A stretch of DNA of 64,000 bases, from the NCBI GenBank assembly GCA_040385525.1, contig JAZKHE010000002.1, positions 969,786-1,033,785 on the forward strand. Reading direction: 5' to 3'. The DNA comes from Bacteroidota bacterium (GTDB lineage: Bacteria > Bacteroidota > Bacteroidia > UBA4408). The notes below the pieces were generated by a model that did no database searches, was not told where the DNA came from, and saw nothing but the letters and a program-made list of their open reading frames with translations. Position numbers and translations under genes: made by a program. Positions 28,003 through 38,006 of the stretch are shown one piece after another (position 1 is the first letter of the stretch; every line of letters starts with the position of its first letter).

Positions 28003-29481
28003 ACTAAGCTCTTGCAATTTTTGGAAAATTTTATAAAGTCCAAAAGTATCCATAGTGCAATAGGCTTTTAAGTTTTGTTTTAGTTCTTCAATCTCAAAAA
28101 TATCATTGCTTTTTTGTAATTTTTCAAACGAAACCATAGCGCCAGCTCCGCCATTAATTGATAATTCATCGTAATTAACATCAGGCACTAACGCGGGTAA
28201 AATTGCTTTTAACGAATATGAACCTTTCATGCTAAGCGAATAAAAAACAGGTGCAGAAAACCAATTTCTTATGTCTACAATTCTATTTAAACGCTCTTGC
28301 ATTTGTTCAGCTAATTCAGGATAAAGCTGCGCTAATTTATTTAAAACTCTGCGCTCTAAATTATCATCAAACACTAAAATGTTACCAGTATTTTTTGTGG
28401 CATTTAAAAATGCTAAAGCAAATTGTTTGCGTTGGTCGCTGTTTACATCTGTTAAATAAACTTCGTGCGATAAAATGCCTTTGCTTAAATAATGCATCGA
28501 AAATAAAAACGGAATATGCTCAAAAGGTTTTGTGTCTTCAAATATAGGAATACTTGGCATATACGCTTCAATATCGAAAAAATATACATCGTCAGAAATT
28601 TGAGCTAAGTATTCTTTAATTTTTTGTTTGTCAATAAAGTCTGTTTTATTTTTTGCACACCAAATTTGAGTTTGCTGATCTTTTTTAAACGATTTTTCGT
28701 TTTCAATTTGCTCCAATAAAATTGTGCCTTCTCGGTACATTGCAAATTGATCGTGTTTAGAATAGTTTACTAAATCAAAAACAGAATTTTGTGGCATACC
28801 TTTCCAGCAAGTTCCTCTGTAATCGCAGTTATACGGATAAAAACAATGTTCGCCAATTCCTTTTTCAGGAATATTAATTTGTGCTAAAGTAGCAAACGAT
28901 TTTTGAATGGTTTCTTCAATTAAAGCTTGTCGTTCTAAAATTTCGTGCAAAACAGATTTAACAATAAAAAAATCATTAAAATTTATTTCACCTTTTTTTA
29001 TGTAATCTTTATTTACAAACACAATACTAAAATCTTTTAGTTCAATACCCGATTTTGTAATAACATAATATTGCAAAGCCGCATCCATCAAATAGGTAGC
29101 CGTAATGCGTGTAGAACTTTTTACTTCGTAAGCTCGCCAGCCATCATTATTAACTAAAATATCTAAAGCAACTAAAACTTTGTTATGTATAAAAGCAGCT
29201 TCGTAAATTGTTGGAACGTTAGCAGTAATACATTCTCTAGTTTTTAAAACAGATTCATCATATTTTGCTAATGAATTTGGACTAGCATCAATACCGCCAG
29301 GAAATAAATTCCAAGCGTACTTTCCAATATCAGTTCCTCTACTAAAAAGCGCTTTTTGTTCTGCCGAAATTGGGTCGCGTTTTATTTGCGTGTTTTTATA
29401 AAAATAAAGCGACTTTTCACACTGTAAGCCGCGAATAAAAGTTGATTTACTTAAAACATAATGCGTTTCTAATTCTTGCAT
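27991..29481 (-). CDS. DUF2779-type predicted nuclease (Cas4/RecB-like plus RNase H-like domain)
   Basis: LSKS..GLQC, DILV...EVKSST, LQYY, CxxxxxCxxxxxC, FFDIEA, SLKAILPAL, YCTMD. Confidence 0.8.
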   Translation of the reverse strand: MQELETHYVLSKSTFIRGLQCEKSLYFYKNTQIKRDPISAEQKALFSRGTDIGKYAWNLFPGGIDASPNSLAKYDESVLKTRECITANVPTIYEAAFIHNKVLVALDILVNNDGWRAYEVKSSTRITATYLMDAALQYYVITKSGIELKDFSIVFVNKDYIKKGEINFNDFFIVKSVLHEILERQALIEETIQKSFATLAQINIPEKGIGEHCFYPYNCDYRGTCWKGMPQNSVFDLVNYSKHDQFAMYREGTILLEQIENEKSFKKDQQTQIWCAKNKTDFIDKQKIKEYLAQISDDVYFFDIEAYMPSIPIFEDTKPFEHIPFLFSMHYLSKGILSHEVYLTDVNSDQRKQFALAFLNATKNTGNILVFDDNLERRVLNKLAQLYPELAEQMQERLNRIVDIRNWFSAPVFYSLSMKGSYSLKAILPALVPDVNYDELSINGGAGAMVSFEKLQKSNDIFEIEELKQNLKAYCTMDTFGLYKIFQKLQELSLLQ

Positions 29482-29568
29482 AATAAAGTAAATTTAGAAA
29501 CTTTTTTTAGATTTATAGCTTGCATTTAGTCAATATTAATTTGTATTTTCGGTTAAAATTTTAATGAT

Positions 29569-30057
29569 ATGCCTTCATTTGATATAGTTAGTAAAGTTGA
29601 TGCTCAAGTTTTAGACAATGTTATAAACGTTGCTAAAAGAGATATTTTAAACCGTTTTGATTTTAGAGATTCAAAATCAGAAATTGATTTAGATAAAAAA
29701 GCAATGGTAATTCATTTGCACAGCGAAAACGATATGCGCATCGAAGCCATGGAAGATGCCATTCGTTCGCGAATGATAAAACAAAATTTAGACCCTATGT
29801 CGCTCGATTTTGGTAAAGAAAGAGTGGCATCGGGCAATATGCTTAAAAAAGATATTAAAGTTAAACAAGGCATTGAAAAAGAAACTTCCAAAAAAATTGT
29901 GAAAGCAATTAAAGATTCTAAACTGAAAGTTGATGCGCAAATAATGGACGACCAAGTAAGAGTTACAGCCAAAAAGATTGACGATTTGCAAGCTGTTATC
30001 GCTTTGTGTAGACGAATCGATTTTGAAGCTCCCTTGCAGTTTGTGAATATGAAATAA
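29569..30057 (+). CDS. yajQ: YajQ-family nucleotide (c-di-GMP)-binding protein
   Basis: MPSFDIVS, RFDF, KVDAQIMDDQVRVT, DDLQ. Confidence 0.95.
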   Translation: MPSFDIVSKVDAQVLDNVINVAKRDILNRFDFRDSKSEIDLDKKAMVIHLHSENDMRIEAMEDAIRSRMIKQNLDPMSLDFGKERVASGNMLKKDIKVKQGIEKETSKKIVKAIKDSKLKVDAQIMDDQVRVTAKKIDDLQAVIALCRRIDFEAPLQFVNMK

Positions 30058-30093
30058 ATTTTGATTATTTTCGTTAACTAACAAATATTTAAA

Positions 30094-30351
30094 ATGAGCG
30101 GAATACAAGTTTTGTTTTTAATAGTTGTTGTTCTTTTTTTGAACTCTTGTTCAAAATCAAATCAGTGTGAGTGTAATACACCTTTTGTTTTGGGTAATTA
30201 TTATCAGCCAGGAGATATTGTTAGCAATCGAGGTTCTTGTTGGATGTATAGAGAAGAAGCAAATCCATCAATTGTCTCGCATAATGGTAATATTCCTAGA
30301 GACATATTTCCTGACACTCAAGATTTGTGGATAAACATTTGTAAAGATTAA
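30094..30351 (+). CDS. Small Cys-rich lipoprotein with CBM5/12-like motif (paralog A)
   Basis: Lipobox LNSC; YQPGDIVSNRGSCW. Confidence 0.75.
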   Translation: MSGIQVLFLIVVVLFLNSCSKSNQCECNTPFVLGNYYQPGDIVSNRGSCWMYREEANPSIVSHNGNIPRDIFPDTQDLWINICKD

Positions 30352-30353
30352 TT

Positions 30354-30617
30354 ATGAAAAGAAATTATTTAAAGTTTATAGTTGTTTTAGTTGTGTTTGT
30401 AATTTTACAAGGATGCACAAAATCAAAACAATGCGAATGTAATACGCCTTTTGTTTTTGGTAATTATTACCAGCCAGGCGATGTAGTAAGCAATCGTGGA
30501 GCTTGTTGGACACCAGCACCAGGAACAGTTGGCGATTATTTAACTCAACCAGACTCTGAACCAATGGACACATTTCCAATTCAGCAAGACATTTGGATAA
30601 AACTATGTGAAAAATAA
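30354..30617 (+). CDS. Small Cys-rich lipoprotein with CBM5/12-like motif (paralog B)
   Basis: Lipobox LQGC; YQPGDVVSNRGACW; near-identical core to paralog A. Confidence 0.75.
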   Translation: MKRNYLKFIVVLVVFVILQGCTKSKQCECNTPFVFGNYYQPGDVVSNRGACWTPAPGTVGDYLTQPDSEPMDTFPIQQDIWIKLCEK

Positions 30618-31274
30618 ATGATGAAATTAAATTTTAGAATCACATTATTTTTTTTGATAATTGCTTTGTCAGCTAATGCTCAAAAAGGTACTTTTAAAAA
30701 AGGTTTTAGTGTTTTTTCAAATTCAAGTTATAGAAATATTTCAATAAATATTGATAATCCAAACATTAATAACGCAACTTTAAAAAGTAGTTTAAATACT
30801 TTGTATGTTTCAAAACTTAGTATTGGAGCTGAATTTGTTGGCGAATATTTTTTTAAAGATAACTGGAGTGTTCAGGCAGGCTTAAATTATTTAAACAAAG
30901 GTTGGAGACTTAATCCCTACTATACTTTTGGTGTTCCTTTTAATACAAATTCAAATTTTCATTCAATTTTAGTTCCTGTTGTTTTAAATAATTATTTAAA
31001 ATTAGGCAAGGGTGAAAAACTATTTTTAAAATCATCTGCTGGTTTTAGTGCTGATTATATTTTTAAAAATAATGCGCATGGTGGCTTAAGCACATTTAAT
31101 AAATTCGGTTTTTCGGGTATAGTTGCTTGTGGCTTAAACTTAAGATTAAAAAATGGTAACGATGTTGCATTACAGCCTCAATGGATTTATGGTTTAAGTA
31201 ACTTAAATGCAGATAATAATTTTATTCAATATCATTTTTCTAATATTGGAATTAAAACAAGTTATAGTTTTTAG
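30618..31274 (+). CDS. Outer-membrane beta-barrel (PorT/OMP_b-brl-like)
   Basis: Signal peptide; WSVQAGLNYLNKG, ILVPV, YGLSN, terminal GIKTSYSF. Confidence 0.78.
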   Translation: MMKLNFRITLFFLIIALSANAQKGTFKKGFSVFSNSSYRNISINIDNPNINNATLKSSLNTLYVSKLSIGAEFVGEYFFKDNWSVQAGLNYLNKGWRLNPYYTFGVPFNTNSNFHSILVPVVLNNYLKLGKGEKLFLKSSAGFSADYIFKNNAHGGLSTFNKFGFSGIVACGLNLRLKNGNDVALQPQWIYGLSNLNADNNFIQYHFSNIGIKTSYSF

Positions 31275-31282
31275 TAAATTTT

Positions 31283-32035
31283 CTAAAATCTTTTATTCTT
31301 AATTAAATACGAAAAAAAGTTAAACGCAATAGGAATGTGGTTTAGCGCTGTTGAGAAAAAGCCATAGTTTTTCACCATTATTTTAAAACGTTCTTGCAAG
31401 CCTGTTTTTATGTTTTGTCGGCTCATACCACCCACTTCAAACTTAGATAGTATTAATTTTGTGTTCACTATTTTTTTGCTTTTTCGCAGCGCATAAATTA
31501 CCCAATCAATGTCTGCGCTAATTTTGTATTGCGTATCATAATTTTTACAAAGTGATTTTTTAATTAAAATAGACTGGTGACTCACCAGCATTCCGCGTTT
31601 AAAACTAAGCCAATTTAATTGTTCAGGCGTTTTTAATCGACGTAAACCAATAGCTTCGCCTTCCATGTTTATTTCTTGTGTTTCGCCATAATATACATCA
31701 GCATTGGCTTCGCAAGTTTTAAAAATATCGCTAAGTGTTTCGTTATTATAAATAATGTCTCCTGCATTCATAAACCAAACATAATCGCCTGTTGCCAAAG
31801 CCAAACCTTTGTTCATGGCATCATAAATTCCTTTGTCGGGTTCGCTTTTCCAAATAGAAATTTTTGATTCGTTTTTTTTAATTACTTCTAAAGTATTGTC
31901 TTTAGATGCGCCATCAACCACAATGTATTCTATGTTTTTGTACCTTTGGTTAGCAACACTTTGCAAAGTAGTTTCTAGTCCTTCGGCATCGTTGTAAACA
32001 ACTGTTATTATTGATATTTTAGGAGTAAAGCTCAA
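31283..32035 (-). CDS. Glycosyltransferase family 2
   Basis: ISIITVVYN, VDGASKD, DKGIYDAMNKG, MNAGD; TTG start. Confidence 0.93.
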   Translation of the reverse strand: MSFTPKISIITVVYNDAEGLETTLQSVANQRYKNIEYIVVDGASKDNTLEVIKKNESKISIWKSEPDKGIYDAMNKGLALATGDYVWFMNAGDIIYNNETLSDIFKTCEANADVYYGETQEINMEGEAIGLRRLKTPEQLNWLSFKRGMLVSHQSILIKKSLCKNYDTQYKISADIDWVIYALRKSKKIVNTKLILSKFEVGGMSRQNIKTGLQERFKIMVKNYGFFSTALNHIPIAFNFFSYLIKNKRF

Positions 32036-32039
32036 GCTG

Positions 32040-33302
32040 TTAAATTAATGTTTTGTATAAGGAAATGTATTTTTCTGCAATCACTTCTTCGCTGTAATTT
32101 TCTACAATATAATTTCTTGCATTCTGTGCAAACGGAATGTTTTGTTCGTTTTTTAAAACGCTATTTATTCCCACAGCCAACTCATTTGCATTTTTTGCTT
32201 CGGCAATATAACCATTAAAATTATGTTTTACCATATCGCTAATTCCGCCTGTGTTAAAGCTAACAACAGGAGTTCCACAACTTAATGCTTCTAAAATGGT
32301 GTTGGGTAAATTATCTTCTAAAGTGGGTATCACAAATATATCGCTCAGTGCATATACTTCTGCAATTTTATCTTGATTACTAACAAAGCCAAGCGGATTA
32401 ATTTTAAGTTTTGGATTTATTCCTTCAAAAATTTCGGGATTGTATTTTCCTAAAATAACTAATTCATTATTGTTGCAAAAGTTTTTGTCTTGCGACAAAG
32501 TTTGCAACGCTTGCTTAAAATAAATAAAGCCTTTACGCTCGTCTTCAATATTCATGGCGCCAAACAGAATATGCTTTTTAGCAGGATTTAATCCGTTTTT
32601 TGTTTTTAATTCTATTTTATTTTTCGGAACAAATTTGTTGGTAGGAATTGCGTTGCCCAATGCAATTACTTTTTTGTTTTTTAGTAAAGCACTTTTTTTT
32701 GCTTCGTTGGCTAACCAATTACTTGGTGTAACAATTGTAAAATTATTGTTATTGAATAAAAGTGTTTTTAATTTAAAATAAGCATTTGCTATATCGTTAT
32801 CGGCAGGCGAATTTAAAAACGGACAATTTTTACATTCGGTTAAATAATTTTCGCAACCGTTGGAGTAATGACATCCACCTGTAAACGCCCACATATCATG
32901 CAAATGCCAAATAATAGGTTTGTTTAAAGCTGCAATTTGTTGCAAGTTTTCTAAATTCAAAAAACTTAAATTTATCCAATGTAAATTAATTATATCGGCT
33001 TCTTGTAATTGTTTTATGTTTAAAATTTCACTACCAAAATACGCTGTAGAAAATGTTGTAGTTAATTTTTTATTTTTAAATAGCTTATTAAAAATTGCGT
33101 ATTCTGCCAGCATTTTTACTTTGTACGTTTTTGCAGAAAGGGTTGAGTTGTGTATTGAAATTACATTTTCGTCACGTGATAATTTTTCAGTAACAATTAA
33201 CGAAGCTTCAATTCCTTTTTGCTGAACAGCTTTAAATAATCGATAACACGCAATTGCAGCGCCACCTTTTAAATCGGAGGTATTTACAAATACAGTTTTC
33301 AC
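32040..33302 (-). CDS. Glycosyltransferase family 4 (WcaC-like)
   Basis: GGAAIA, HLHDMWAFTGGCHY, EDNLPNTILEALSCG; GTG start. Confidence 0.92.
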   Translation of the reverse strand: MKTVFVNTSDLKGGAAIACYRLFKAVQQKGIEASLIVTEKLSRDENVISIHNSTLSAKTYKVKMLAEYAIFNKLFKNKKLTTTFSTAYFGSEILNIKQLQEADIINLHWINLSFLNLENLQQIAALNKPIIWHLHDMWAFTGGCHYSNGCENYLTECKNCPFLNSPADNDIANAYFKLKTLLFNNNNFTIVTPSNWLANEAKKSALLKNKKVIALGNAIPTNKFVPKNKIELKTKNGLNPAKKHILFGAMNIEDERKGFIYFKQALQTLSQDKNFCNNNELVILGKYNPEIFEGINPKLKINPLGFVSNQDKIAEVYALSDIFVIPTLEDNLPNTILEALSCGTPVVSFNTGGISDMVKHNFNGYIAEAKNANELAVGINSVLKNEQNIPFAQNARNYIVENYSEEVIAEKYISLYKTLI

Positions 33303-34105
33303 TTAATTTGTTTTGCAAAAATATTTAACTGCAAATTTTTCTTTTTTTCGAAAACGCTAAATGGATTTGCTCCAGAATGTGCATTTAATATATGATATTG
33401 AAATCCGTTTTGAGTAAGTGTGTTTAAAACTTTATCTAAATCTTGCTTAACGTTTTCAAAATCGTGATACTCAATAAATAGATTATTTATTTTTTTTAGG
33501 CTTGTTCCGCAGTCAATAATAACTTGCTTTTCGGCGCCTTCAATATCCATTTTTAAAAATTCAATTTGTTGTGTTTCAGCATCTAAAATTTCTTTTAATC
33601 GAACCGATTTTACTTTAACTGTATTAGCGTTAACTGAATATACCGAAGCTCCGTCAGCACCATCCGTAGTTAATTCAATTCCATTGTTATCAATCCAAAC
33701 TGCAGCATTAATTATTTCAACGTTTTTTAGTTTGTTGTAATTATTATTTTCTTCTAACACTTTTGCAATGTTTGGGTCGGCTTCAAAAGCTTTAATTGTA
33801 GAGTTTGGGTAATTTTCTTTAAAAAACAAACAACTTGTTCCAATGTTAGAACCGCAATCGTAAATAAGTGGGTTTTGATTTGTTGTAGTAAATAAATAAT
33901 ATTTTTCTTTAAAAATTTCGCTGTATTGCCACACAAACGAAAGCGGATCGCAATATTTCATTTTGTAATTAGAGAATGAAATATAACCTGGCTCGTATCT
34001 TTTTTTTTCGCCAATAAGAGCAGCAATTTTATAAAAAGTACGTGTTTCTTTATTTTTAATAAAGTAGTACAGGTTTTTAAAAGCAAGTTTAAGCGCTAAA
34101 TTCAA
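33299..34105 (-). CDS. FkbM-family methyltransferase
   Basis: DCGSNIG, FEAD, KMDIEGAE, IEYH; TTG start. Confidence 0.92.
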   Translation of the reverse strand: MNLALKLAFKNLYYFIKNKETRTFYKIAALIGEKKRYEPGYISFSNYKMKYCDPLSFVWQYSEIFKEKYYLFTTTNQNPLIYDCGSNIGTSCLFFKENYPNSTIKAFEADPNIAKVLEENNNYNKLKNVEIINAAVWIDNNGIELTTDGADGASVYSVNANTVKVKSVRLKEILDAETQQIEFLKMDIEGAEKQVIIDCGTSLKKINNLFIEYHDFENVKQDLDKVLNTLTQNGFQYHILNAHSGANPFSVFEKKKNLQLNIFAKQIK

Positions 34106-34219
34106 TGTGTTTATTTTGTTACAAATTTACTAGATTTAATAAAACTAACTAAATATTTGTGAAAGGCTTATCTACTTTGAATTTAATCTATTATTATTGT
34201 AGTTGAAAATTATACAAGA

Positions 34220-35038
34220 ATGAGAAAGATTTTAAGATTCTTAAAAGGAATTTGGATTATAAATTTTGTACGAAGAGTGTACAATGCCATTAAATACAAT
34301 CATTACAGGTTTGTTAATGCTATAAAATGGGGATTTACATCTAACGAAGACACTAATTTTACGTATCATTTAACGCCCGATAATATTTTGTACATGGCAA
34401 ATACCATTGCAGTTGTTACAAAAACGGATTATAAGGAAGTTTTAAAATATATTAATGAAGCTCAAAATGACACATATTTGTCTGAAACGATTTTAAAAAC
34501 TATAGCAAAATCAGATGAACGAAAATTTGCAGATAAAGAAGTTCGTTTTTCAAAACGTTTAGGTTGGTATGCTTTTGTTAGAATAATGAAGCCTCGTTTA
34601 GTTGTAGAAACCGGTGTTGATAAAGGTTTGGGTTCTATTTTATTGAGCGCTGCCTTATTAAAAAATAAAAAAGAAGGTTTTGAAGGGAAGTACATTGGTA
34701 CCGATATTAATCCTAAAGCAGGTTATTTATTAACTGATATTTATACCGAAGTAGGAAGTATTATGTATGGCGATTCTATTGAGAGTTTAAAGAAAATAAA
34801 AGAGCCAATAGATTTATTTATTAACGATAGCGACCATTCATCCGATTACGAATACCAAGAGTACGTAACAATAAAACCTATTTTGGGAGAAAATGCCATA
34901 TTGTTAGGCGATAATTCGCATTGTACAGATAAATTAGCTGTTTTTTCGAACGAAAATGGAAGGAATTTTTTATTCTTTAAAGAAGAAACATTAAACCATT
35001 GGTATCCAGGTAGCGGAATAGGGATTTCTTATAAATAG
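34220..35038 (+). CDS. Class I SAM-dependent methyltransferase (Methyltransf_24-like)
   Basis: VVETGVDKGLGS, GDSI, DLFINDSDH. Confidence 0.85.
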   Translation: MRKILRFLKGIWIINFVRRVYNAIKYNHYRFVNAIKWGFTSNEDTNFTYHLTPDNILYMANTIAVVTKTDYKEVLKYINEAQNDTYLSETILKTIAKSDERKFADKEVRFSKRLGWYAFVRIMKPRLVVETGVDKGLGSILLSAALLKNKKEGFEGKYIGTDINPKAGYLLTDIYTEVGSIMYGDSIESLKKIKEPIDLFINDSDHSSDYEYQEYVTIKPILGENAILLGDNSHCTDKLAVFSNENGRNFLFFKEETLNHWYPGSGIGISYK

Positions 35039-35082
35039 ATGTTAGCAAACTTTTTAAACTAACGTTTCTGTTTAGTATACTA

Positions 35083-35463
35083 TTATTTTTTCTTGTTTAA
35101 CACATATAGCATTGCTGAAGAAATTGTACACATAACCAAAGCGCTTACAATTAGTGAATTTTCTTTTTGAGAAATCCCAATAAATAAATCGCCAACAAAC
35201 ATTACAAAAAAGAAAATGTAAGTAATGCTTAGCATAGGTATTGATTTTTTAAAAGTAGCATAGGCAAAAATAAAACCAAGTGCAAATTGACGTGTAGCCC
35301 AAATGTTAGCTAAATAAATAACTCCTTCAGCATTAAAATCTACTGTTTCTAAAACCGATTCTGGAGCAATAAATAAAGATATACTCACCATTATTTCGAG
35401 CAATGCAAAAATACCCGATACAATAAGTATCCATTTTGGCAATGATTTTTGAGTTTCTGTCAT
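35083..35463 (-). CDS. Small 4-TM membrane protein
   Basis: Four hydrophobic helices; WATRQFALG. Confidence 0.72.
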   Translation of the reverse strand: MTETQKSLPKWILIVSGIFALLEIMVSISLFIAPESVLETVDFNAEGVIYLANIWATRQFALGFIFAYATFKKSIPMLSITYIFFFVMFVGDLFIGISQKENSLIVSALVMCTISSAMLYVLNKKK

Positions 35464-35479
35464 ATTTGATTTTTAGAAT

Positions 35480-36922
35480 TTAATCAGCTTTATTTTTAGC
35501 AAAATCTTCTTTTTTATAATACACATCAATAGAAACTAAAACGGCAATAAATCCCCAAAAGGGCAGAGCGGCTTTGTCAGTATCTAAAAAATTATTTAAA
35601 CCACCATGTATAAAATAAGTTACCAAGCCTAAAAAACAACACATTGCCATTCTTCTTAAATCGCCTTTTGGTAATTTTTTGTACAAATTAATGCCGTAAT
35701 AAATTACAGTTAAAATAATTCCTATAAAAGATAAAGAACCAAACACACCCGATTCTACAAGCGGACCAATGTATTCGGAATGTGCGTTTCCTTTATCACC
35801 AGCGTTAGTACTTATAATAGTTTTGTCTTTTGATAATTGATAAGGTGCGTAATAAAAAGCATAAGTTCCTGGTCCCCAACCCCAAAATGGGCGTTCTTGA
35901 AACATTCTGAAACCCGCATACCATCTGTTTAGTCGCTCTAGGTTAGATGCGTCTGATGTTATGTTTGAAACCGATTTTATGTGTTTTGCAAAATCGTCGC
36001 TCGATTCGGTTTTGTTTTTTTCTATTTTACGTACAAAATTATCTTTAATTAAAAAACCAACGGTTAGCACAAACAATCCACCAATTACAAGTGTGCTAAA
36101 CTTTATTTTAAATAATAAAACAACGTACAATCCAAAAGCTAATATTAAACTAATCCACGCTGCTCTGGTGTACGATAAAATTGTAGCCACTGTAAAAATA
36201 AAAAGTACAATTCCAGTAAAAAAACGTATAGTAAACGATTCATTTTTATTAAAAAGAAAACCAATAATTACAGGAATGTACATTGCTAAAACGGCTCCGT
36301 AAATAGTGTGGTCGTTGTAAAATGGTGACATTACCCAGTTGGCCGATTTCATATCGAAACCATATTTTTGATGTTCATAGATTGTAAAAAATATAACACC
36401 AATAAAAGCAATAATATACAACCACATAAATCGTTTAAAATTAATTTGCGATTTTTTAAAAAGTTGTATCGATAAAAAATAAAAACAAACAATAAACCAC
36501 AAGCGCGAAGCAAAAAATTTAAAAGATACTAATGGATTTTCGCTTGTAAAACAAGTAATAAATAACCACGCAGTATTTATAAGTATAGCAATTGTAATGG
36601 GATGAGTTATAATTTTTTTATCAATATAATTTCCCTGTAAAAGCTTGATAATAAACAAAAGAAGAATTCCTGCTAAAAATGGTTCGGTGGGTAAACTTAT
36701 CGCAAATTTAAAATCGGTGTCTTTTAAATTGATAGCAAATGGCGTTGCAAAAATGATGAAGTACATCAATTTGTCAAGCGAAAAAAAATAAAAATAAACT
36801 AAAAGTAATGCAAAGGGTAGGGCAACTAAATAATAAATATCTTTTGTAAACAAAAAACAATTGCCTAACACAAACAGCAAGCTAAGTGCTGTTATCCATA
36901 TCGATTTGTTTTTTTCTACCAC
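35480..36922 (-). CDS. O-antigen ligase/polymerase-family membrane protein
   Basis: Multi-TM; SYTRAAW, SNLERLNRW, GWGPG, NAHSEY; located beside wzz/wzx. Confidence 0.88.
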   Translation of the reverse strand: MVEKNKSIWITALSLLFVLGNCFLFTKDIYYLVALPFALLLVYFYFFSLDKLMYFIIFATPFAINLKDTDFKFAISLPTEPFLAGILLLFIIKLLQGNYIDKKIITHPITIAILINTAWLFITCFTSENPLVSFKFFASRLWFIVCFYFLSIQLFKKSQINFKRFMWLYIIAFIGVIFFTIYEHQKYGFDMKSANWVMSPFYNDHTIYGAVLAMYIPVIIGFLFNKNESFTIRFFTGIVLFIFTVATILSYTRAAWISLILAFGLYVVLLFKIKFSTLVIGGLFVLTVGFLIKDNFVRKIEKNKTESSDDFAKHIKSVSNITSDASNLERLNRWYAGFRMFQERPFWGWGPGTYAFYYAPYQLSKDKTIISTNAGDKGNAHSEYIGPLVESGVFGSLSFIGIILTVIYYGINLYKKLPKGDLRRMAMCCFLGLVTYFIHGGLNNFLDTDKAALPFWGFIAVLVSIDVYYKKEDFAKNKAD

Positions 36923-36937
36923 GTTAGTAAAAAAATA

Positions 36938-37966
36938 TTAAGCTTGTGGCTTAACTTTTTTAAAGTTCTCTAAAATAATAAGCAATATCAAGGCAAACAA
37001 CATGGTTGAAACAAAAGATACTGCAACTATTATCCAACGAATTGGGTACGATTTTTTTTCGGCTTCAAAAGCTCTGTTTACAATAAACTTGCTCGGTAAA
37101 TTTTGTTCGGCATCTATTTTTGCTTCTTCGTATTTACGTTTTACTTCAGTTAATTGTTTTATTTGTTCCTCGTGATTTTGACTTAGCGTAATATACGCAC
37201 CACCATATTTGGCAAGTATTTTTAATTTTTCTTCTAAATCTTTTACGCCAGCTTTGTTTCCTTTTGCAATTGCAATTGCATATTGTTCGTTAAAAACACT
37301 TGCTTGTGTTTCGTAATCGTTTACGCCTAAATCGCGTAATATACCTAACGAATCTTGTATTGCTTTTATTTCTGCTCTTAAATTCCAATACGATTTTTCT
37401 ACAATTTTTAAACCTTCTAAGGCTCTAGTCCTTTGTATTTTAGTTTTCATACTATCTAACAAATTCGATATTTCGTTTGCAATGTTAGCAGCCATTTTTG
37501 GGTCTTTATCCATTACAGTAATTTCTACAGACATTAATTCTGTGCGGTCGTATTTTATATTGCTTTCGTATTCTTTAAATAAGTTGGTGTATTTAAATTT
37601 ATCGTCTTCGTCAATATCGTAATGTTTTAGCAAATCAAATTTTTTGCAAATTTCACCACGAATATCATCTGAGTTAAGCATTTGCAACATTTGCTCGGCA
37701 TCTTCTTCTTCACCAAATTTTAAAATATCTTCTTTACCACTATTGTTTTCGCTAATTAAGGCTTTTGCAATTGAGCTGGTTTGAGCAGGGAACATTACTA
37801 CCGTAGATTTGTACTTCGGCGTTATCATATACGATGCAATACTCGATAATACAATTGACGCAATTCCAATTATTAAAAAAGTTTTTCGCCACTTAAATAA
37901 AAAAGCAATTAAGTTGGTTGAATCGAAATCGATATTGTTGTTTTGAGTTGAATTATTTTGTGACAT
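36938..37966 (-). CDS. wzz: Polysaccharide chain-length determinant
   Basis: Two TM helices flanking a coiled-coil domain; TPKYKS, KSYPIRWII. Confidence 0.88.
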   Translation of the reverse strand: MSQNNSTQNNNIDFDSTNLIAFLFKWRKTFLIIGIASIVLSSIASYMITPKYKSTVVMFPAQTSSIAKALISENNSGKEDILKFGEEEDAEQMLQMLNSDDIRGEICKKFDLLKHYDIDEDDKFKYTNLFKEYESNIKYDRTELMSVEITVMDKDPKMAANIANEISNLLDSMKTKIQRTRALEGLKIVEKSYWNLRAEIKAIQDSLGILRDLGVNDYETQASVFNEQYAIAIAKGNKAGVKDLEEKLKILAKYGGAYITLSQNHEEQIKQLTEVKRKYEEAKIDAEQNLPSKFIVNRAFEAEKKSYPIRWIIVAVSFVSTMLFALILLIILENFKKVKPQA

Positions 37967-37990
37967 AAATTTTGTTTAAAAACAAGTTTA

Positions 37991-37998
37991 CAAATATA
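37991..37998 (-). promoter_or_regulatory. Bacteroidota -7 element (TATATTTG) upstream of wzz
   Basis: TAnnTTTG 24 nt upstream of the start. Confidence 0.5.
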
Positions 37999-38006
37999 GC
38001 AAAACG

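Noticed and set aside
30094-30617. Duplicated lipoproteins as a DGR template/variable repeat pair
   Set aside because: Differences are not adenine-specific, both copies are intact genes, and no reverse transcriptase is present.
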